Program-made: the position numbers and the translations under genes
NCBI RefSeq assembly: GCF_000150275.1
Contig: NW_002060944.1
Span: forward strand, 3,596,474 to 3,660,473
DNA from: Trichoplax adhaerens
Lineage: Eukaryota; Animalia; Placozoa
DNA length: 64,000 nucleotides
Direction: 5' to 3'
The notes under the pieces: model-generated
Database searches by the model: none
Told to the model about the DNA's origin: nothing
The model's input: only the letters and a program-made list of their open reading frames with translations
Shown: one piece after another, positions 54,501-64,000 of the stretch
Position numbering within the stretch: position 1 is the first letter of the stretch
Layout: every line of letters begins with the position of its first letter

Positions 54501-57500
54501 AAACTGATGCAAATAATACATTAGTAAAATCTGATAACTTACAACAGGATGTAATTTCTAACAATGAAGCCACTAGTATAGAAATAGCAACAAATTTGCC
54601 TAGTGATGAAATTGATGAGAAAATTTCTGCATCAAGCCATCAGTCTGTCGATCAGCAAAGCATTAATGAAGAAATTATAGATGATGTAACTGCGGTTACA
54701 TCAGAGAGATGATAGCATCACAAGTAATGGAAGACAAGGCTGATGCGAATACCGCAACATTTAAACCTGATAGCTTACAACCGGATACAATCTCGGATAA
54801 AGAAGATAATAATGCTACTGATAAAAAGGAAGCAGTAGAAAATAAGAAAAGTTATAATGATAATGATAGAAGGGTAGAACAAGCTACTGACAACAAATCA
54901 TCAGAACCCGATGATGTAGTGGCAACGAACCAAATAAAGTCCCAAACAAACAGCAATTCGCCACCAGATGATACTCGATCGAACTCAGAACGTAGCAAGC
55001 CTACTAATAAAGAAGGAAAAAAATCAGAAAAGTATAAGAAGAAAGATCAGAAACATGATCCAAATAAGAAACAAAATTCGAAGGAAAACATCGTAGCAGT
55101 TGTCCCTGCCACAGAAACTGGCAATGAAGACCTCAAGCCTGTAAATAACAATCAAAATGAAGAAGACTTACAAGTACATTATGTCAGCACTCCTAAAACG
55201 GACACTAAAATTAGTGATGCATCTAATAGTTCTGCTAAGGGAAGTCATCTCCACAATCAATTAATCGATCAAGAATCGGAGAATGCTGTAACCGAAAATA
55301 GATCTTCTGATGTAGTGGATCATAATTCTGTGTTACCGAGTGCTAGTATAAATCATAAAAAGGAGGAAGAGTCAGCAAACGTTGCTTCATCATCTCCCGG
55401 TAAAGAAATAGAGCATCATATTGATGATGATCAATCTCATCTAATCGAAACCATCCAAAAAGATAACTCCAATATAGAACTTTCCGAACCAAACGCTGAG
55501 GATATCCAAAACATTCAAGAGGATACTGTAGTATCGCCACCAAATGAAAATGTCGTAAAAGCAACTGCTGAAGCTTCAGAATTAGCTGAAAAAGCAGAAA
55601 TCGATGCTAGATATAACCAGAGATCATCATTAACGCTTTCTGAAAATGTCAATTCTCAAATATCAGATGAGAAAAGCAGCTATAACAAACTTGAAGAAGA
55701 TCAAGAGCAATTACTGCAGTTACATGACAACGAATTAGTCAACGCTGTAGATAGAGATCAAACTGAAAGCATTGCTAACGCTAGCTTCTCCAGCCAGTCA
55801 AATGTTACTGAACCTTCTCCGAAAGTCGATGAGATCTTAGAAGACCATCAAAGCCAAACAAACGATCATCAAGCCAAGGTAGAAGATAATACAGCAATTA
55901 ATAATTTACTTCAGTCATCTCATCAGGTTTCAGAAGATCAACTTCAATTGCAAGGAAAAAGTGACCAAACAGAAAATAATCATGATGTGAATGTAGCTGA
56001 AATAGGGCAGAAAATAGAAAATCAATCCACAGATGATCAACAAGATCAAACTATGGCAGTAGATCTATCACAGAGAACGGAAGAGCATTCCTCTGTCGTT
56101 AGCCAAAGTAACGATCATCCTAACGATACAAAGAGTGTCCAAGATCAAGATAATGAGCAACAAAGCACAGAAAGTGCAAGCCATGATGGTCCTATCCAGG
56201 ATAAAGCATCAGATAGAATGAGTGTTAGAGATAATATAAATATCCCTACCGATTCAATATTACCCAAAGCTCATGTAGGAATGATTACTAATAAGAATAC
56301 CACTGAAAATAGTTCATCTGAGGATAAGAAAGAAATATTCAAAAATCATCCGGCCGATCAAGAATCTACAGCGAAGGGAGAAATTGAGAACAAATTTTCA
56401 GATAACAAAAATAATTTGGCTTCCCAAGACAGCCATCAGAACAATATTACCGATGATCATTCGAATAGACTTGTAGCAGAAAACGAAATTATAGCTAAGG
56501 CAAACGAGAGCATCGATGATAGCACCATTGATTCGACAGATGATAAACTGATTTCAACTCAACATAGAAGGGATGAAATTGAAGAAAGTAACAGTACCAT
56601 CGAGAACCGATCGGAATTGAATACAGAAGTTCCTGACCAAGATCGAATTAAAAACAATTTGAAGAATGAAAGTGAGGACAAGATCGATCACTATCAAAAT
56701 AGCGAATCTCTAAAAGATGACATCAAGTCAACTAATGACAATAACAACCAGGAAGTAAATGATCAAGAAGAAAAACTAAATAGTGATCACTCATTGCCTG
56801 GGGACGAGGAAATAGGTCGATATCACCAGCCTATAGTTGCAGAAAATAAGAACATAGAAAAAGACTCAGTATTGAGCAAAGATGAAGATGATAATCTTAA
56901 TAGTAAGCCATCAACAATGGAGAAGGAGGAAATACAAGCAAAAAATAACGAAATAAATCAAGATCAAACGGCAGGTCAAGCGAATGATGAGCAAGTAGAA
57001 TCGATCATAGCAAAGGATAGTAATGTTAATGAAATCATGGTCGACGAGACCACTGTCGATAGTAACGAAGCCGAAATTAATGCTGCAGAAAATACCCATT
57101 TCAATACACCAAGAGATAGAATAGATCAATACGAAAGTAGAGACAGGGATCAAACTACTATCGATGATAACGAAACCAAAATGGATACTAGAGACAGTAG
57201 CCACTTCAATTCGCAAGAGCATAAAATAAATGAAAATGGAGCCATCACTAGAGAGAGCGAAGCCAATCCAATTATTAATAATGAAGCCATTGAAGAGGGT
57301 AAACAAGGAGAAATTAGTACCGGAGAAGAGAGCCACCCAAACTTGCAAAACGAGAATACTAGCCAGGACGCAACCATGATTACAAATCAAAAGGCTGCAA
57401 GTCCAATTTCAGCTGAAAAACATATCCAAGAAGCCACTGATCAAGATATTGATCAATCTAAAGATGGTGATTCAACTCTGTTAAGGGAAGATGACAAGAA

Positions 57501-60500
57501 GGATGCCAATGGTTATCAATCCAATGATAACCAGGTAACTCTTAGTCAAGGCAAGGAAACTGAACAAGTTCTTCATAATCAGTATTATGATAGCGGAACT
57601 GTAGAAAAAGATGAAGATGGAAACGTAACGACAACCGACAAAAATTTAACGAGCCAAGATAATAATATAAGTCTAAATGATGGGACTCTAACCAGAGGAG
57701 ATATTCCAACACAAAATACTGAAAAAGATGATCAAAATAACGAACCATCGAAAGAGTTGCAGGTAGAAACAGATAAAAGTTCCGTTCTTCAAGATGTCGA
57801 GAATAACAATAATCATCAAACAACACAAAATCTCCTTGAAGAAAGGAATAACTTAAATACCAATCAGCAATCTGAGAACGAAGAGAAATTTCAGGAAATT
57901 AGCAAAGTTAGACATGATCAAATAACGGAAGATGAATCCATAAATGATCGAGGTGATCGAGAGCCAGAAGGGAGAAGTAATGACCATTTTAACATCAATA
58001 AAGATCAAAATGATGAAACTAATCAAGGACTTAACGACAGCCAACATGGAGATCAAGAACAAGAAAAAATGAAGAGCGATAAACTTGACGTCCATGAAGA
58101 AAATGGAATCGCAAAGCACCAATCTTCTGGTCACGAAGTGGATAGAGAAACCAATGGAAAGGTGCAAGATCAACATGTAAATGATCAAGATGATGGAATC
58201 AAGCCACAAGTGAATGACGACCAACATTTAGAACAAGAGCGTAAAGAAGGAAATCATGATCACGCTACTAGTGATAAGAAAAAGAGTGAACAAGGAGAGC
58301 TTTCGGATCATCATCTAGAAGGCAAACCTGCAGACGATCATAGTAAGCAAGAAATGAATAATAGCCAGAATACTCAAGAAGAAATCGAGAAGACAGATCA
58401 TAGTAGCAATAATAAGGCAGCAATTGAACAAGAGCAAATTTCCGATGAATTGAGAAATAAAATCAACGGAAAGGCAGAAGGCGAATCTGTAAATAATCAA
58501 GACAGTAAAGGACCAGAAAGTCAATCTATCAATAATCAGAAAGCAGTAGAAGAAAGGCAACTATCTGATCATGAATCAGAAAGTGAAGTGGATCGAAAGG
58601 TAGACGATAGGTCTACAGAGGATTATGATAAAGTTGAAAAAGAAAATGACAATAACCAACGTTTAAATCAACAACAAGAGAAAATCAATCATGATCATCA
58701 CATTGCTGATAATGAGACAACAAAGGAACAAGAGCAACTTGTAGGCCATGAATTGCAAAGTCAAGTCGATCGAACGATAGAAAATGAACCTGTAAATAAT
58801 CAAAATAATGACCAAGTTGGACAAGAGATCGATGGCAGCCAACGTTTACAACAAGGAGAAACAGACGGTCATGATCATACAGCTAGTACTGACAAAGCTT
58901 TCGAGCAAGAACATCCTTTAGCTCATGAATCGGACGGCGAAGTTGATGTAAAGATGAAAGAATCTGTCAATGATCAGGGCAATAACGAAGTCAAGCAAAA
59001 AATTGATGATAGTCAATATTCGGATAGAGAACCAGAAGAAATAAATTATAACAATCATAACATCAATAATGAACAAGAACAGACTTCAGGTCATGAATCG
59101 GAAGCCAAAACCGATCGAAAAATGGAAGAATCTGTAAAGCATCAACATAACGATGAAGCGAACCAGGAAACTGATGATAGCCAGTCCTTAGACCAAGAAC
59201 AAGAGCAAATTAATAGCAAGGCAACTGAAGAGCAATCGTTAAGCCATGAACCAGAAAGCAACGGAGATTCAACGATGGTAGATGAAGCCGCAAAAGATCA
59301 GCATGACGAAGTTAAGCCCGATGGCAGCCACCTTTTAGATCAAGGGCAAGAAGAAATGAACCATAACGATCATAATATCGATAGAGAGGAAGCAATGGAA
59401 GAAAAACAACTTTCAGTTCATGAATCTGACGATAAATTGGATGGAAAGATACAAGATGTGCCTGCAAATGATCAAGATAATAATGAAGTTAAGCAAGAAA
59501 TCGATCCAAGTCAACATTATGATCAAGAGCCAGAAGAAGTGGATCACAAGAACCACAACGTCGATGATGAGAAAGCAATCGAAGAGGTGCAAAATTCAGA
59601 CTATGCATCGAAGGACGACTTCGGTCGAAAAGCCGATGATGAACCTGCCAGAGACCAAGATCACGACGAAGTTAAACAAGAAACCGATGATAGCCAACAT
59701 TTATCTCAAAAGCAGGAAGTTAGTCATGACGATCATGAATCCAAAAATGAGAAAGAGATGGAGCAAGAGCAAAATTTAGGTCATGAAGCTGAAGAAGAAT
59801 CAAAGGTAGAAAATATGCCCGTAAACGATCAAGGTAATGCCCAAGTTAAAGAAGAAAGTGATAGTAACCAACAACTAGATCAAGAACAAGGAATAAATAA
59901 TGACGACCATGCCATGAAAAGTGAGACAGCAGCTGAAGAAGGAGAACTTCTAAGTCATGAAGTTGAAATGGATCGAAAACCGGAAGATGAAAACGTAAAT
60001 GATCCAAATAATAGCGAAGTGAAACAAGAAACCGTTAGCAATCCACATTTAGATCAAGAGCAAGAAACAAGTAACGATAACCATAGCATGAGTGATGAGC
60101 AGGCAATCGAAGAAAGGCAACCTTCAATTCATGAATCTGAAGGCAAAATCGATCAGAAGGTGGAAGATGAACCTGTAAATGATCATGATAATGCCAAACA
60201 AGGAGAAATAAATCATGATAATCATAACATCGACCATGATAAAGCAATGGAAGAAAACCAAGTTATAGGTCAAGGATCCAATGACGAAGTGGATCGAGAG
60301 ACACAAGATGAATCCATAAACGATCAAAATAATGATAATGTCAAACAAGAAACCGATGACAGCCAGCATTTAGAGAAAGAGCAAGAAGAAATAAATAACG
60401 GCGACACTAATGTCGACAGAGAGAAAGCAGTCGAGAAAGAGCAACTTTCAGGTCATGAATCTAAAGGCGAAGTCGATCGAAATGCAGAAAATGAATCTCA

Positions 60501-63500
60501 TAATGATCAAAACGTCGATGACGAGAAAGGAGCTGAGAAGGAGCCACTTTCAGGTCATGAAACTGAAAGCGAAGTCGATCGAAATGAATCTCATAATGAT
60601 CATAACGTTGAAGATGAGAAAGTAATTAAGGGAGGAGAACTGGCGAGTTATGAATCTGTAGGCGAAGTCAATGGAAAAGCAGATGATGGATCTCATGATG
60701 ATCATAACCTCGATGGTGAGAAAATGATTGAGAAAGGAGAACTGGCAAGTCATGAATCTGTAGGCGAAGTCAAAGGAAAAGCAGAAGATGAATCTCATGA
60801 TGATCAAAATATCAATGATGAGAAAGAAGTTGAGAAAGAGCAACTATCAGGTCATGAATCTGCAGGTGAAGTCGATCGAAAGGCAGAAGATGAATCTCAT
60901 AATGATCAAAACGCCAGTTATGAGAAAGGGCAATCTGAAGGAGAAATAGATCAAAAGACGGAAAACGAATTAAATCAAGAGCAAGAAGAAATGAATAATG
61001 ACGGTCATAACATCGAAGATGAGAGAACGCTCAAAGAAGAGCAGCTTTCAGTTCATAAATCTGAAGGTGAGCTTGATCGGGAAAAAGCAGTTGAGGAAGG
61101 GCAACTTTTAGATCATGAATCTAAAAGCGAGATCGATGGAGAGAAAGCAGCTGAGGAAGGGCAAGTTCTAAGTCATGAATCTGAAGGTGAGATCGCTAGA
61201 GAGAAAGCAATTGAAGAAGGGCAAGTTTCAAGTCACGAAGCTGAAGGTGAGGTCGATCAAGAGAATGCAGTTGAGGAAGGGCAAGAAGAATTAGCTAACG
61301 CCGATCATAATGTTGATGGCGAGAAAATAGCCCAAGGTCATGAATCTGATCATGAAATTGAGCGAAAGGCCAAATCTAAAGACGATCAAGAAAATGCTGA
61401 CTTTAAAGCAGAAACGCATGGCAATCAACAATTAGACGAACAGCAAGAAGAAATAAACAGTGATGGTCATAACATTGATAGTGATAAAGCAGCCGATGAA
61501 GAACAACTTGTAGGTCATGAATCTGAAGGTGAAATGGATCAAAAGATGGAAGAATCTAATCAAGACCAAGGGGAAACAAACAACGTTGATGGTAAGGATG
61601 GCCAACTTTCAGGTCATGAATCTAAAGGCCAAGCCGATCAACAGACCGACGATGAATCTCGTCAAGGTCAAGAAGAAATTAATAATGATGACGATGGTAA
61701 GGCAGCAGTCGACGAAGGGCAACCCATAGATCATGAATCTGTAGGTGAAGCTGATCAAAAGGCAGATGAATATAATCAAGAGCAAGAGGAAATAAACCAC
61801 GATGCTGAGAAAGCAATCGAGGAAAACCAACTTTCAGGTCATGAATTTGAAGTCGAAGCCGATCAAAAGACAGAAGATGAATCCCATCAACATCAAGAAG
61901 AAATAAATAATGACGATGGTAAGACAGCAGTTGAAGAAGGACAACTTGCAGATCATGAATCTGAAGGCGAAGCCAATAGAAAAACTGAAGACGAACCTAG
62001 TCAAGACCAAGAAAAAACAAATAATGATGATCACAACGTTGATAGTGAGAAAGTAACCGAGGAAGGCCAACTTTCAGGTCATGAATTTGAAGTCGAGGCT
62101 GATCAAAAGACAGAAGATGAATCCCATCAACATCAAGAAGAAATGAATAATGACGATGGTAAGACAGCAGTCGAAGAAGGACAACTTGCAGATCGTGAGT
62201 CTGAAGGCGAAGCCAACGGAAAAGCTGAAGATGAACCTAGTCAAGAGCAAGAAGAAACAAATAATGATGATCACAACGTTGATAGTAAGAAAGCAACCGA
62301 GGAAGGCCAACTTTCAGGTCATGAATCTGAAGTCGAGGCTGATCAAAAGACAGAAGATGAATCTCATCAACATGAAGAAGAAATGAATCATGATGAAGAT
62401 GGTAAGACAGTAGTTGAAGAAGGACAACTTGCAGATCATGAGTTAAAAAGCGAAGCCAACGGAAAAGCTGAAGATGAACCTAGTCAAGACCAAGAAGAAA
62501 CAAATAATGATGAGCACAACGTTGATGGTACGAAAGTAACCGAGGAAAGCCAACTTCCAGGTCATGAATCTGAAGGCGAAGCTGATCAAAAGACAGAAGA
62601 TGAATCCCATCAACATCAAGAAGAAATGAATAATGACGATGGTAAGACAGCAGTTGAAGAAGGACAACTTGCAGATCATGAATCTGAAGGCGAAGCCAAC
62701 GGAAAAGCTGAAGATGAACCTAGTCAAGAGCAAGAAGAAACAAATAATGATGATCACAACGTTGATAGTGAGAAAGTAACCGAGGAAGGCCAACTTTCAG
62801 GTCATGAATCTGAAGTCGAGGCCGATCAAAAGGCAGAAGATGAATCTCATCAACATCAAGAAGAAATGAATCATGATGAAGATGGTAAGACAGTAGTTGA
62901 AGAAGGACAACTTGCAGATCATGAATCTGAAGGCGAAGCCAATAGAAAGACTGAAGATGAACCTAGTCAAGACCAAGAAGAAACAAATAATGATCACGGC
63001 GTTGATAGTGAGAAAGTAACCGAGGAAGGCCAACTTCCAGGTCATGAATCTGAAGGCGAAGCTGATCAAAAGACAGAAGATGAATCTCATCAACATCAAG
63101 AAGAAATGAATAATGATGAAGATGGTAAGACAGTAGTTGAAGAAGGACAACTTGCAGATCATGAATCTGAAGGCGAAGCCAATAGAAAAGCTGAAACTAG
63201 TCAAGAGCAGGAGGAAGCAAATAATGATGATCACAACGTTGATAGTGAGAAAGTAACCGAGGAAGGCCAACTTCCAGGTCATGAATCTGAAGACGAAGCT
63301 GATCAAAAGACAGAAGATGAATCCCATCAACATCAAGAAGAAATGAATAATGACGATGATAAGACAGCAGTTGAAGAAGGACAACTTGCAGATCATGAGT
63401 CTGAAGACGAAGCCAACGGAAAAGCTGAAGATGAACCTAGTCAAGAGCAAGAAGAAACAAATAATGATGAGCACAACGTTGATAGTGAGAAAGTAACCGA

Positions 63501-64000
63501 GGAAGGCCAACTTTCAGGTCATGAATCTGAAGGCGAAGCTGATCAAAAGACAGAAGATGAATCTCATCAATATCAAGAAGAAATTAATCATGGTGAAGAA
63601 GGACAACTTGCAGATCATGAGTCTGAAGGTGAAGTCAATAGAAAAACTGAAGATGAACCTAGTCAAGAGCAAGAAGAAACAAATAATGACGAGCACAACG
63701 TTGATAGTGAGAAAGTAACCGAGGAAGGCCAACTTTCAGGTCATGAATCTGAAGACGAAGCTGATCAAAAGACAGAAGATGAATCTCATCAACATCAAGA
63801 AGAAATGAATAATGACGATGATAAGACAGCAGTTGAAGAAGGACAACTTGCAGATCATGAGTCTGAAGACGAAGCCAACGGAAAAGCTGAAGATGAACCT
63901 AGTCAAGAGCAAGAAAAAACAAATAATGACGAGCACAACGTTGATAGTGAGAAAGTAACCGAGGAAGGCCAACTTTCAGGTCATGAATCGAAGGCGAAGC
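48502..64000 (+). CDS. Giant doublecortin(DCX)-domain protein with AKAP-like helices and acidic His-rich repeat tail (RP1/RP1L1-like architecture); 3' incomplete, 1-nt frameshift at ~54707
   Basis: Exons 48502-49263, 50553-50658, 50779-50859, 50964-50998, 51509->64000; all GT-AG with consistent phases. DCX domain KIVKIVRHGPSPQEFINLLLNHRTSNNFHRILYEL...IDKLFTPNGKK|ITSVINLFNEGNIFIAVGEEPF resembles the second DCX domain of DCX/DCLK. The frame from 51509 ends at TGA 54710-54712; the adjacent frame is open from ATG 54709 to the window end. More than 4400 aa if continuous. Confidence 0.85.
53870..54800 (+). repeat. Coding tandem repeat, ~75-80 aa unit x4
   Basis: IETTPNLP.(D/E)QE(V/I)DE(R/K)IS.SS.Q..DQQS..EE...SQV.E....AN...VKS.NLQ; the fourth unit spans the frameshift. 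Confidence 0.85.
57900..64000 (+). repeat. Coding Glu/Asp/His/Gln-rich tandem repeat; near-perfect 240-bp (80 aa, dimer of ~40 aa) units from ~61837
   Basis: GHE(S/F)E motif starts at 61837, 62077, 62317, 62560, 62800, 63040, 63277, 63517, 63739, 63979 (spacings 240,240,243,240,240,237,240,222,240). Degenerate versions extend 5' to ~57900. Confidence 0.95.

Noticed and set aside
55343-63972. Many hydrophobic 'membrane-like' minus-strand ORFs and short K/M-rich plus-strand ORFs
   Set aside because: Antisense or off-frame shadows of the GAA/GAT-rich coding repeat; they share its periodicity and are broken by stops.
61837-64000. CRISPR-like or satellite reading of the regular 240-bp array
   Set aside because: No unique spacers, eukaryotic context, and the units keep an open reading frame.
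54709-64000. Secreted biomineralisation protein
   Set aside because: Acidic composition fits, but there is no signal peptide and the N-terminus carries a cytosolic DCX domain.

Overview
AT-rich animal genomic DNA with short introns, a 301-N assembly gap (22730-23030) and many degenerate long-unit tandem repeats. The overall style suggests a compact early-branching animal such as a placozoan (inference only). Two intron-containing genes could be rebuilt by hand on the + strand. (1) A GARNL3 orthologue (Rap-GAP + CNH; 26 exons, 30403-38809, 2553 nt in frame). It has a U12-type intron, a GC-AG intron and a polybasic 39-nt symmetric exon. (2) A giant doublecortin(DCX)-domain gene starting at 48502 and running off the window. 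Its last visible exon is at least 12.5 kb and encodes AKAP-like amphipathic helices and a very long Glu/Asp/His-rich repeat tail, an RP1/RP1L1-like layout, and an RFX X-box-like motif lies upstream. About 9.3 kb of this frame (54709-64000) is missing from the supplied ORF track and is joined to the upstream part by a 1-nt frameshift. The intergenic DNA holds a 200-bp element with perfect 20-bp TIRs, AG..CT ends and a 6-bp TSD (Polinton/Maverick-like), two related solo-LTR-like elements with TSDs, decayed GPCR-like and NACHT-like remnants, and several hairpins. No RNA genes or CRISPR arrays were recognised.
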